NCBI RefSeq assembly: GCF_009914755.1
Contig: NC_060926.1
Direction: 5' to 3' (one strand)
DNA: 64,000 nucleotides
DNA from: the human T2T-CHM13v2.0 reference genome, Homo sapiens
Part shown: positions 52,023 through 64,000 of the stretch, piece after piece
Numbering within the stretch: the first letter of the stretch is position 1
How the letters are laid out: each line of letters opens with the position of its first letter
Made by a program: the position numbers and the translations under genes
The notes under the pieces: model-generated
Database searches by the model: none
Seen by the model: the letters and a program-made list of their open reading frames with translations, nothing else
Told to the model about the DNA's origin: nothing

Positions 52023-52429
52023 TATGCAAGAAATTTTATGTAAGGGCATTGACATTCCAAACGATTATTAAAACCCATGTGAAATATATTCGCTCCACAA
52101 CCCTCCAAAGCTCCCAAATTTCAAATTTTGGACCAAATTATCTCGAAATTCTCTCAAGCCTCTTCAATCTCTAAGAAGCAATCTAAAAAAGCCCTGATAA
52201 TGTGAACCATTAAAATCAATATAACACAGGCACAAGATAGTAGAGGGGATTAATGCAGAAAATTATTTCTTACTATTTACTGAGTCCTGTTAGAGAATTG
52301 CATATCAATGTTTCTATTCTTTCATCTGGTCTCTAAATCACCCAAGTATCACTCAACGCTACATCTTCCAAGAAAAAAAAATAACTCAGATATTATGGGA
52401 AGAGAGCCAAAAACATCCCAGCTCATAGC

Positions 52430-53165
52430 CTAATACACACATTTATTGGGAACCTACTATGTGTAAGATACTGTCCCAGGCATTTGGGATAAATCAGATA
52501 ACAGCACTGACAAAGATTCCTGCCCTTGTGGGGCTTATACTCTGCAGAGACAAACAAGGAAACAATCATTAAACTTTAAGTAATTCGTGTATATATTAGA
52601 AAATGGTGTGTGCTATGGTTTTCTAAAAAATAAACAAGTAAAAGGGATTGGGAGGGTGGGAGACAAGTGGCAGAAGGTTGAAGTATCTAATAGAAAGGTT
52701 CAGAATTGGCCAGGCGCAGTGGCTCACACCTGTAATCCCAGCACTTTGGGAGGCTGAGGCAGGTGGATCACTTAAAATCAGGAGTTCAAGATCAGACTGG
52801 CCAACATGGCGAAACGCTGTCTCTACTAAAAATACAAAATTAGCTGGGTGTGGTGGGGCATGCCCATAGTCCCAGCTACTCAGGAGGCTGGGGGCAGGAG
52901 AATCGCTTGAGCCCGGGAGGTGGAGGTTGCAGTGAGCCAGGATTGTGCCACTGCACCCCAGCCTGGGCGACAGAGCAAGATTCTGTCTCAAAAAAAAAAA
53001 AAAATTCAGAATAGACTCAGTGAGGTCCAATTTGAGCAATGATTTGAAAGATGTAAGGGATTTAAGCATCTGAAAGAGGCACTACAGCCAGCGCCCTGAG
53101 ATGGCAGGAAGTGTCCTGAGCAAAACTGCAAGAGGTCAGTGTGAGAGAAGGAGACAATAAAAGGT
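52430..53165 (-). mobile_element. L2 fragment interrupted by Alu 52708-53004
   Basis: atttattgggaacctactatgtg..agatactgtcccaggcatttgggataaatcag...gacaaagattcctgcccttgtggggcttatactct, resuming with aatttgagcaatgatttgaaagatg. Confidence 0.7.
52708..53004 (+). mobile_element. AluS (Sx/Sz-like)
   Basis: Full dimer, A15 tail, TSD core ttcagaat (52699-52706 / 53005-53012). Confidence 0.94.
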
Positions 53166-53279
53166 CTGAAAAGTCTCCTAGAAACCATTAACACTGTGCA
53201 TTTTAGCTACTATATGGATTTTCATTCTAAGTAACTGTTGAAATGAGGTATCATGGCTAACAGCAACTGCTTTGGTGTT

Positions 53280-53450
53280 AAGCAGCTCTACTGTTTATCA
53301 GCTTCAGTGTCAAGTTGCTTAATCTCTGTGCTTCACCTAACAAATAAGTATAATTGCAGTATAAGTACCACGTAGGACTGGTTATGAGGATAAATGAGAT
53401 TAATGCCAAACGTCGTACTGTGACTGGCATAGAGAAACCGCTCAATAAAT
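53280..53450 (+). mobile_element. MIR fragment
   Basis: caagttgcttaatctctgtgcttca...gttatgaggataaatgagattaatg...ctggcatagagaaaccgctcaataaat. Confidence 0.7.
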
Positions 53451-53699
53451 TGTTTTCTCTGAACTTGCTACTTTCAACACAAAATTTTTCTCAAACAATG
53501 AGTATCAGTGATACCAGGACCATTCTAAAACTTATCTCCAACATCTATGCTCAGAATGATGAATCAATTAACCAACAAACCTCTACTATGTGCAAGGGAT
53601 TATTTTAGGTGCTGAAGGGATACAAAGAATTTAAAATGCATTCCTTGATATTAATAAGAACATGATTTAAGTGAAGAAATAAAACATACACATAAAAAC

Positions 53700-54062
53700 A
53701 TAATTTAATATTCCTATCAATAAAAAGGAATAAAGTACTGCATCTGCACAAACACATTTGGATGACTCTTAAACTCACTGTGCAGAAATGAAGAAGCCAC
53801 ACACAAGAGCACATACTTGGTGATTCCAATTAAACAAAATGAAGACTATTCTATGGTGACAAAAGGAAGATCAGTGGTTGCCCAGATCCAAGGGAAGGTG
53901 TGAGAATGGTTTATAAAGGAGTATAAAGAATCTTCACAATCTTTGGAAATGTTCTGTATCTTGGTTGCAGCATTGTTTCACAAGTGTAAACAATTGTCAA
54001 AATTCATCAAAGTGTGCACTTTAAATGGGTTCTATTTACTGTATTCCTCCATAAAATTGATG
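53700..54062 (+). mobile_element. L1ME/MD-type 3' fragment
   Basis: aatgaagaagccacacacaagagcacatact..gtgattcca...atcagtggttgcc...tggaaatgttctgtatcttg...ttgtcaaaattcatcaaagtgtgcactttaaatggg. Confidence 0.7.
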
Positions 54063-57000
54063 ATAGCAAAAACAAAACATAATAGTCATAATTGATCAGA
54101 ATGGATTGAATAATCACTACAGTATATCTTCCACTATAGTTTGAACTAGAAAATTACAGGACAAGTTTAGTTTAGATATGCCAGGTCACACAATAATTTC
54201 CAGATATTTCTTGAATTGCATTAGGTCTAGAAATTTTGTTAAGCTTGAAGATAAAGTTCTCCTATTAAGTTGTCATTAGTTGTGGCTCTATTCAGTCAAT
54301 GTCTGAATAACTTTATGTCACTGTTTCTTTGTTTCTATATGAAGAATCCTTTCATCTTCAAACTTTTTCCTCAAAAATTTTCTTTTTTTATACAGTTCAT
54401 TCCCTCTTAGGACTGTCCCTTGCAGAGATTTCCAACACTTTCTTACTGCTTTCAATGTAACTATCAAAGATTTTAACTGCAGTTTTATTTTTTAAATATG
54501 GGCCATTCTGGCTTCTATCTGTAGCCCTTTTCCAAAGATGTATAAGAGAGGAAGTGGCATGTCTAACATGTCTAATCTTAAAAAGGACACACTTTTCAAA
54601 GAGTTTTATTTTCAAAGTTATCCTACTATTGGTTACCAATAATTATAACACATTTTTATGAAATGTCAAATAAAAGACATGCATATATCCGTAGGGAGGT
54701 AGAAAATGAAACGGGATATTGTGCTCTTCCTAGGATTCAACTTTGCTGTAATATTCTATGAGGTTATCATTCAATTGTTCTACAATCTAAATTCCCACAT
54801 TTCAAAAATTTAATTTTCCTATGAAATTAATTGCTTAATATAAAAAGCACATTTATAATTTATTCTTCAGAAATGAATGCTTTGAAAATACATTTAAATA
54901 AGTGTTGATGGACATCATTAACAGTGAAATATAATTAAAAGAGTAAATTATTTAGTTGGGTTTTTTTAACCAGAATAAAAGATTTCTATGGAAGCTTTCT
55001 GTTCAGAATATTAAATGCCTAAGAAGTCATACTAGATTTTGAATGTAGTACCTATTCTGGAAAGCAAATTCAGGATTCTTGCCGACAGATTAAAAATTAT
55101 TTCCTAATATAGATGACTCAAAGAAATACCTGTCAAACAGAGAGTTAAGACTTCTGAATGCAGACACAGCTTGAAAAAGAAGATGATGTATTTTCCATGG
55201 AGCATTTGCCGAAGAACTATTCAGCAGAGACATAAATAATTAAAATTAAACTACAGTCGCTAAAATAAATGAACGATATTCTGAAGCAATAGGTTGACTT
55301 TTAATCCTGATTTTCACTTACTTCCAAGCTCACAAAATTTAACCATCTGCAGCAAATCGCCACATCAATAATTTGAATTAGCCGGATTCCACCGTAATTT
55401 CTGAAGTGCACCTCACTCCAATTTCCAATGCAGTACAATTGAAAACGTTATCAGATAAAACTGGTTGCAGAAGGCTTGGAACATTAAATGCTTTGACAAT
55501 GACAAATAGAATAAGGTGAGATGTGTCTTAAAAGGAGGGTCTTCCCACTACACTGTGTTTATTCAATTTTAGGGACACCCTCTGCCACATTAGAGGCCTT
55601 TTCATTTTCTTCTCTCCAGACAAGGATTAGTAGATGTGGGCCCTGCTTCCCCCAGGTTTATATTACTGTATAAGGGTAACCCTGTGAAGTAACAAGATTA
55701 CCAGAGAGAAAATTTTTTAAAAAATTTAAAAAAGGGGGTAGATTATGTCAAAGCCTTCCTTGAAGAGAGAGTTAATTTGTTTTTTTCTAATATTTTGCAG
55801 GATGTATTAAAGAAAGTCTGTAGAAAGACAAGCAGGGAAATGTGACAACAGACTATACAAAGAATTTATAGGTTCTTATGACATTATTTTTCTTTGATGT
55901 AACCCCATGTTGGTGATGTTATAGAACTTTTGATATCTGGCAGAATTATGTCAAATACATGAACTGCAGTTTAAGAAGCATAAACGTCAGGTTGTTGAAA
56001 TCTTCCACATCAAACTAATTAGAAAGAATTTTTGAATGTGAATTACAGCAGTTTATTAGACGTCATGGGAGATACAGAAGATGTACTGATATTAGGCACA
56101 CAGAGGTATTTTAAAATATGTAATAACTGAAGAGACAAGACATGAAATATACCAAAAGGGATTTTTTTGTGTGTAAATTAAGCATCTAACCATAAAATAA
56201 TCAGAGAATTAATCAATCTAGAGTAACATGAATATTATCAAGAGAAGGCTGAGCAATACAAATAAAAGAAATAATATCTCCCCATGGCTACTCACAAGAA
56301 ATTAAACCTTGCTGAATGTCAGTTTCCCCTTTGTGACAGGGATCAGCCTAAAGGCCTAGTGTCCACAACATGTTGGACAATGTGGGATTTTTAAGTGCAT
56401 AATAGATCCCAATCCTTTAAATCTCCAAACCTCACCATATCCTATATCACATTACACTTCAACTCTCCAGTGGAAGGGTAAGTATCTGGGAGTTCACCCT
56501 TTAAGGACAGTAGTTCTAGAACCCGTAGTATGTACTTGGGATCAGCCTCTAGTTGAGGTTATTAGGTCTAAGTCAGTTTTACTTTCTATTATAAGCATAT
56601 TTGTCAGTATCAATTAAACAAACCCTCTCACTTGGGTAAAATATTTAGAAAACGGAAGGCATTTCAGGTGGGAAGGCGGGTACAAGTAAGAAAATAGAAT
56701 TGGAAACAAGTATGGCTTACTCAAGATAGCATGAACAGACCTACTTGTCAGAGTGAGGATTAAAAGTAAAATTATTAAATAAATAGGGCTCTTCAATAGT
56801 AGGAAAATAATGTGGAGGAGCCTGTAATTGATATGACAGGTAATAAGGGAACATTTGCACATTTCTGAGCAACGGCATTCCGTGATGTTGTACAAGCCAG
56901 AGAGAGTGAAACCTAACTAAGAGAAACCAGCTAAAGCAGCTGGCAGGAATGATGTAATGCAAGAACGAGGTGATGAGCGCTACCTGGATTAGACTGAGCT

Positions 57001-57069
57001 CACTGGAGGTAGAAAGGAAGAGATGGTTCTCCTAAGAATCAAGAAAACTGAACTCATATTGAATTACCT

Positions 57070-57365
57070 CTTCAATTCTCTCAAATGTCATGCTGCCAGT
57101 GAAGGCCTTACCTGACAACCTCATGTAAAAATTAAACCTCCTTTTCTCATCGGTACACTCCTGTGTCCCATTCACTGATTTTTTTCTCTATAGAAGGTAT
57201 CACTATCTGACACACTATTTATCTGGCTTTTGTTGTTTTTGTTAATGCTTGTTTCATACCATTAAAATGTGAGTACCATGATCCATGATTTTCATCTGTT
57301 CATTTCCCTGTTCCCCTGAGCCCACAAGAGGGGATTCAATAAATTTGAACTGAGTGAACAGAATG
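57070..57365 (+). mobile_element. L2 3' fragment
   Basis: ctcaaatgtca...cagtgaaggccttacctgacaacc...tttttctctatag...tcactatctgaca...tcaataaattt...gaatgaat. Confidence 0.7.
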
Positions 57366-57396
57366 AATTAATATCCAATAAAGAAAACAAAGATGA

Positions 57397-57718
<322 letters not shown>

Positions 57719-60065
57719 TTATGCTTTCAAAGTTCCCCACCTGGCGTTCTGGTACAAAGTTATATACAAGCAAGAACTTCATTAAAGGATCTCAAATAAA
57801 TCTTACAATCTTAAAAGGAAAGTTCAACAATAGTTCGATATCACGTGACACTAAGAAAAAAATGTGATTTGACCAGTAGGTAATCAAAAACAGACTAAAC
57901 AACAATCCAAAGAAACTGCCAATAGTCCACAAGTTCTTCAGTAAATGTGAATTATAGCAATAATGTGCTAATTTGTATTCACTAAATAGGTTTTCAAGCT
58001 TTCAAAATGTTTAAAAATGTTTTCATTTATCATTGCAACACGCATGGCGAATGGAAGATGGAGACACTAAGGAGTTAAATAACCTCCCATATGCTGTCCT
58101 TCCATATTAATGAATAGAACATTACTTGCTTCTATACCAAACTAGAATTTGGTGGGAAAGTCATGAAGTTCTCCAAAGCAAAGTTAGAGCCATTAGATTA
58201 AGAAAGTGAGTGTAATAATGTACTATTTTTTTCCTTTAGAAAAGCGTAACCTCAATTGGCCATTGAGAAGGATGGCTTTATTAGATGATGAGGAGTCTGA
58301 AATATCATTAATTCACTCATCAGCATCTAGAAATATTCTTTAACCAGGGCAAGACAAAGAAAATGCATTTATTCTCAGCAATATTCATTATACCAAAACA
58401 TTTATTCATTTTGCTTAGAATCACTGAAGTAAAAACAGACACAAATTAGAAAAAAAATAAAGCAAATGTTGAATCACATTCTGAGTTTAGAATAGAAGAA
58501 GAACAAAAACAAGTTTTCTCGGGAACTGAAAAAAAAAAGAGGTCATAAATATTAATGTACTAGATCTACATAAAAAAATTCTAAATGCAGGATTTTCATA
58601 ACTCTAAACCAGAAATCATTTTAGCTTATCTTGGAAAACACTACCAGTGAAACAACTTAATATCAGTTAATTTTGTTTTCTAATTCAATTTGTGAGACAG
58701 CACTGGATGTATTGAGAAACAGTACATCTCCTGATCTTCTAAGATACCATGTAACTTGGGAGTGCTGAGAATATATTACAGCACCCTGGTAAAAACCCAT
58801 GCATGGTGTAGTTTGACCTTAGTGGGGAGCTTTAGCTTTCACCATCAGGTTCTGACTTGCTATTTCCTTACTGTGTAATGTGAAAAAGTTTTTATCTTGG
58901 TTATTTTTTCTTATCTGAAAAAAGGAAGTCAAATGTCATTGTCCCTTTATCTCAGATAGTTATTATAACAGATAAGAAAATGCTTTTTACAAGTCAAAAA
59001 TGAATTAATAGATTAATTTAATGTATTATTCTATAAGTTTACCTAAATCAGAACTACTACTACTGTTACAATTAGAAAATGATAAGGAAGGGAAGAGGAA
59101 GTACATTTAGAAAACTGCTTTTACAAACCAAAAACAAGTATTTATGAATAAAAGATGAAGCTGCTGAGAAAAGTAGAAAATTACAATAATATCACTTTAT
59201 TCAAGAAGATATTGGGCATGTATTCCCAACCAGCACCAATATATTATTTTTCAGAGATAATGTTACCAGGAAGAATAAAGCTATGTTTATTTAGACAGGG
59301 CCAGAACTTTTTTTAAAAGATAAACTAAAATAAGTAAGATACTGGAATTGATTTGAGGACCCTTTGCAATCTCTTTATGTTCTCTGCTTTCTAGGTATTC
59401 ACTACCAGACCTCGCCAACCTAAATTTTAACTCTCTCTTTAGTCTTGTTGACCAAAATGACTTTTCTTCAATCTAAACCATACTGAAGCTGAATTCAATC
59501 TAACTATAGGAAGACATTAACATGGTTCAAATAAAGCTTTGCATAATAACTGTTTCTATTATGTTGATGGTCTTGGAGGTAACTAACTGTTAATTCATCT
59601 TTAACTGAAGAATTATTATAGAAGTATTCTGGGGGAGGTGTTTTTTTGTTTTGGTTTTTGTTTTTTGTAGTGACATGTGCTCTCAGTGTACCACAATATC
59701 ATAGCCCCACCCCCACAACATACCTTATGGGCCTTGTGCATAAGCATTCTGTAAATTATAACACAGGATAAAATGGGGCTTACTTGTATCTTCTCCTAAT
59801 GGAAAGCCTCTCCTTTAGTTGTGAAAACTTGAAATTATTTCCTCTCAATACGTCCTTAGGCAAAGGGAGCTGTGTTGGCAAAAGCCAGAGAGAGATGATG
59901 CTTGGCTCAGAGCTGAATGGCTCAAAGGTACTTTCAGGATAAAATTGAACTTCTGTGATTTACTCATTTGAAATAATGAGATTTGGAGTGTTCTAATATA
60001 ATCCACAAATACAAGACAGTAAGATCTGAAACGCCGGCTGTAGCCCTGAGATTAATAACCTCTAG

Positions 60066-60282
60066 CAGTAGTTATCAAATATTTTAAAATAAGAGACCCT
60101 TCCTTTATAGACAATCATGGGAGAAAGCCCAATGTTAAAACAGAGAAAAGACTATGTCTCTGCTGGAATCAGGGCAAGGGCTCCAAGTCCTGCTCTTTCC
60201 GCACTCTTAAGCCCCAGCAGTGGTCCTCAGGTCCCTCCCCAGAACCCTTAGGCTCAGTAAGGCATGACCTGAAATCCATTAG
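60066..60282. mobile_element. hAT-Charlie fossil (MER112/MER117-like, tentative)
   Basis: cagtagttatcaaa...gaaagcccaatgttaaaacaga...gaacccttaggctc...tgaaatccatt, TIR-like ends. Confidence 0.4.
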
Positions 60283-61466
60283 CCTTACATAATTCTGTGA
60301 AATTTAGAACTGAAGAATCCAGTTTGTTCCATAACAGCAATTTGACTGAAATACATGAGACAAGTTAGAGTGGCCAGGCCAGAATACTAGAAATTAAAGT
60401 ATAATAATAATTTTAAAAAATGACATAAAATAAAGCTGGTAGCTTTCACCCTAGGCTTCCTTGCAGCCCCACTCTCTTTCTACTAGGTCTTGAAATTTAG
60501 AAAAGGTATCTTGAAATCCCTAAGTATTAAATAGTCCATACGTGAATTTTACAAATGTATCCAAGTTCATATTTGGGAACATAAACGATGGTAAAATGGT
60601 TCTCTTCTAAGTAGGGAATGGGACCGTGTGGAAACTTGTGAGGGGATGTCAGAGGTAGTGCAGTAAACTGTTGATGCAATACAAGGAATGTCCTTTTCTG
60701 TGCTAGAGCTAACTCTCCCATTTACCAGTTGATTAACTTTACGCAAAACACTTGTTATTCAGTTTCTCCATCCATGAAACAACCTGTCTGCATTAAATGA
60801 TCAGACCTTTCTTTTTAAAAAGATTACTAATCTGTATTTTATCTAGATACATAATATTTTTGCTGAGTTGAAATAAACTTTCTTAATTTTCATATTCCCT
60901 TTTCATTATAATCTCTATCCTGAGAACCATATTCATATTTTCATCACTGCTGAATGTTGTCTCCCTGGATGTCTTCTTAGAACTTGATCTAAGATGAATG
61001 TTATTCTCCCACAGGCACTTTCAGAAGCATAATCCTTCTGGGTACTTATATCCAGGCTCTTCAAGTCGCCTTCAGTTCTTTCCTTTCACTTCTCACATCC
61101 AATTCAACTACTCCAATGTCTTCATTCATTCATTTTTTTTATTATCTACTTTGTGATTTGTCCCACTGAAAGAACAAGACCCAGGCCATGTCCTAATGAA
61201 ATTGTAAATCTAGTTTCTCATGTTTGGTCCTTTCCTTCTTTTCCTCATATTATCATCACAGTTCAGCCCACTTTTATCTTAACGTTTTAAACAACCTCTT
61301 AGCTTATTCACCTTCCTCTAATGATCCCACCTTTCCTCAGCACTGTAATTTGGAATTCACTCTGCCATTAAGATGTCTTTTTAAAGTGGGACTCTGATAA
61401 TGGCAGCATCCATCCCCAACCCTCTGACACACACTGTGTGTTGACTGCAAAATAAGTTTATAAATC

Positions 61467-61660
61467 CAGGGTTATAAATGCAGCTATTTAAGGAACCTGG
61501 TAAGACACATAAATGTGTGAGTCTGGTTAGGGCACACAGTAGGGAGTAAGAGAGCCTAGGGAAAATTTGGAGAGGCTATGTGCTGCCCAGTGACTTTCAA
61601 ATTCAATTAAAAATAACTACATCTATGAACCAGAAAGCTACCAATTCTTTCATTCCAAAC
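61467..61660. mobile_element. MER102-like hAT fossil (tentative)
   Basis: cagggttataaat...acataaatgtgtgagtctgg...tggagaggctatg...caaattcaattaaaaa. Confidence 0.35.
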
Positions 61661-62399
61661 CTCCCTTGCAGCCACATTTGTGTTGCAGCCACACAACATC
61701 CCTCACTATAATCATGCTTTGCTTGAAGCTGTTCCAATATTTCTAATGACACTGTTCTTTCTTTCAGGTGTCCTCTTTCCCAGTGAATCTATCCTCATTT
61801 CTCATCTCTTCCCTGTCAGCTACCACTTATCCAAGCACTTTTTTTCCAGTAAGAATTCATCTCTTGCTCTCCTATATGGTCATTATATTTTATATTTTAC
61901 ATATTTATAAACATGACATATGTATTTATGTTCCACAAAGGGCTTTGAATAGAATTTACACATAGAGTTCCCTGGGTTGATGTGTTTATCAAAATGGAAG
62001 ATAAAGTGAATTAATTACTTAAATATTTAACACTATTGAATAGAAATAACTTCCCCAATATTGCTTCATGATTTAGACAGTCTATTAAATGTTTAAGCAA
62101 GGCACTAGACTAAGTTTATTAAGACAAATTTTGGAATATGTGCAGAAATATGACCTGGCTAATAGTACAGAGTCAAAGCTGGTTGAATGGTGTTATATAG
62201 TGGATTCAGATTGATGTGGCAGTGGTGGTTACACTAGGGGCACTAAGGTTATCCCTACTGGCACTCTGAGGACTCTATTCTCTACCACACTTTTTTCCAT
62301 TAAAAATACCAAGTAGATTAATATCATATTTGTAGATAACACAGGGATAGAATTACATACGAGGAGAAAATATAGCTTACTTATATCCATGTACTAAAA

Positions 62400-62905
62400 T
62401 GGAAATCAGAAGCATTTCTCTTCCTTTGACTCCTCATCTCTACTTTCTCTTCAGTAATCCATACTATAAATGACATCACCATTCACCTAGAGTCTTCTCA
62501 TGAAAATCTGGGAAGCAGTCTTGACTCCAGTCGTGCCCACATCTTTGTAACTAATCAACCAACAAACCCATAGACCCTAACTCCTTAGCACATATCAAAT
62601 CTATTACTTATTTTTCACCTCTGATGTTAGGAAAATAGTGTAAGCTTCTGGTATCTTTCTTGACTAAATAATTGTTGCTATGCTGTTTTCTTATCTTTGG
62701 TTCTGCATTTTTTAAATCTGTTCTCTTGCCAGAATAATCTTTTGAAACAACCAATCTGATCCTGTTCCTTAAGTCTTTCCATCATCTTGACCTTTATCTG
62801 TTTCTCCAGTTTCATCCTTTAGGTTCCCTTGTTGCATTAATACTCAATTGCTTGCAACCTGCATTTCTCTTACATACTTACATTATGCTTCTGCCTGAAA
62901 TGTGT
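62400..62905 (+). mobile_element. Diverged L2 fragment(s)
   Basis: aaatgacatcaccattcacctag...aaaatctgggaagcagtcttgactcc...ccagaataatcttttgaaac...atctgatcctgt. Confidence 0.5.
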
Positions 62906-62924
62906 CTACCTATGCTAGACAAAT

Positions 62925-64000
62925 ATAATGGCACCACAATGATGTATAAATCTTAATCTCCAGAACCTGTGAATAGGTTGGATTACATGTGGATTACATG
63001 TGTTGCGGCTCAGAACATACCCCAAAGTATGGCACCCTGGCATGCTGAGTACTTGGAACTGAAGGAAATTGGAAAAGCCTCAGAAACAAGGTCTCTGACC
63101 TTTTCCTGCCCTCCTCTCTCACACCCCTCTTTCTCCCCAGAAGCAAGTCATAGCAACCAGAATTGCATTTCTCCAAGGTCTGTCTAGAAACTAAAAGTCT
63201 TCTCCCCTAAAGTAAGCCATAAAATGTAGAAAGGTCACTCTCTCCCTTTTCCCTTGAAGACTCTCATTGCCCTATACTCTGGAGGGAAAAATGCTACAAA
63301 GAGAAGAATCTGAAAAAAACCAAAAAACCAAAAAAAAAAACAAAAAAATAAACCAACCTTTCTGGATTTCCCCCCTCAGTCTATTACCATTAGATTATAC
63401 TCTTTTGTCCAATCACATTTCTACATGGCGGTTCATTCTTCACTGAAACTCAGTATAAAAAGTACACAGTTTTCCCTGGGTATTTGGGTCTTCAACTCTG
63501 AAAGTGCCTGTGTTACATGAAACTTTGATTAACTAAGTTTGTTATACTTTTCTCTTGTTAATCTGTCCTTCATTACAGCAGTGTTGGCTGTGACCTTTAC
63601 GAAGGGTGAGAAAAAGATGCCCTTATTCTTTTTGCCCTTAAAGATAGCAAAGGCAATTAAGGTTGAAGATGTTAATTACGTTTGCTAATCAGCTGACCTA
63701 ACTATAGGGTAAGAACCCTGGACCCAATGTTGTCACAAGCTCCTTACAAGTGGAAGAAAACAGCAGAAGAGGAGTCAGAGGAAAATGTGACTACAGAAGA
63801 ATGGTCTGAGAGATGCAAGGTTACTGGCTTTGAAGATGAAAGAAAGGAGTCACCAGCCAAGGAATATAGGCAGCCTCAAAAAAGATAGAAAAGGAAGAAA
63901 GCAGATTCTTTGCAAGTGCTTCTAACAGAAATGCACCATTGATGACAAATCAAATTTACCCCAGTGGGATCCATGCCAGACTTCTGACCTACAGAAGAGT
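62925..64000 (+). mobile_element. MaLR LTR, MLT1D-like, split by the LTR at 63001-63642 and running off the window
   Basis: taatctccagaacctgtgaata...tacatg | gcaaaggcaattaaggttgaagatg..aattacgtttgctaatcagctgacct...ctggctttgaagatga...agccaaggaat...cagacttctgacctacagaa. Confidence 0.8.
63001..63642 (+). mobile_element. ERV1 solo LTR, MER39-like
   Basis: TGTTGCGGCTCAGAACATACCCCAAAGTATGGCACCCTGGCATGCTGAGTACTT start, ttttctcttgttaatctgtc U5. Homologous to 2909-3465. Confidence 0.8.

Noticed and set aside
55710-55727. 18-bp palindrome AAATTTTTTAAAAAATTT and similar AT-rich inverted repeats (10002-10016, 48875-48920)
   Set aside because: Low-complexity, expected by chance in AT-rich DNA.

Overview
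Primate (almost certainly human) AT-rich non-coding DNA. I found no credible protein-coding gene, RNA gene or CRISPR array. The supplied ORFs are chance or repeat-derived, except one 77-codon remnant of the LINE-1 ORF2p C-terminus. The window is a patchwork of interspersed repeats: AluJ/S/Y and Alu monomers, an L1PA2-type and an L1PB-type 3' end, old L1M, L2 and MIR fragments, ERV1/ERVL/MaLR solo LTRs (two nested), hAT DNA transposon fossils and microsatellites. All repeat family names were assigned by eye from remembered consensus sequences and need RepeatMasker/Dfam confirmation. From memory only, the sequence near 62050 resembles the dbSNP rs3 flank, which would place the window on human 13q13 (RXFP2-FRY interval, EEF1DP3 transcript); this is unverified. 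I see no new biological system. The best observations are structural scars: (1) a ~175-bp near-identical copy of apparently unique DNA placed 2.9 kb away; (2) a MIR end present as two direct copies plus one inverted copy; (3) a young L1 with both a twin-priming inversion and a probable short 3' transduction; (4) an LTR1 solo LTR bracketed by a ~30-bp duplication; (5) fold-back hairpins at repeat breakpoints. There is also one candidate non-coding exon.
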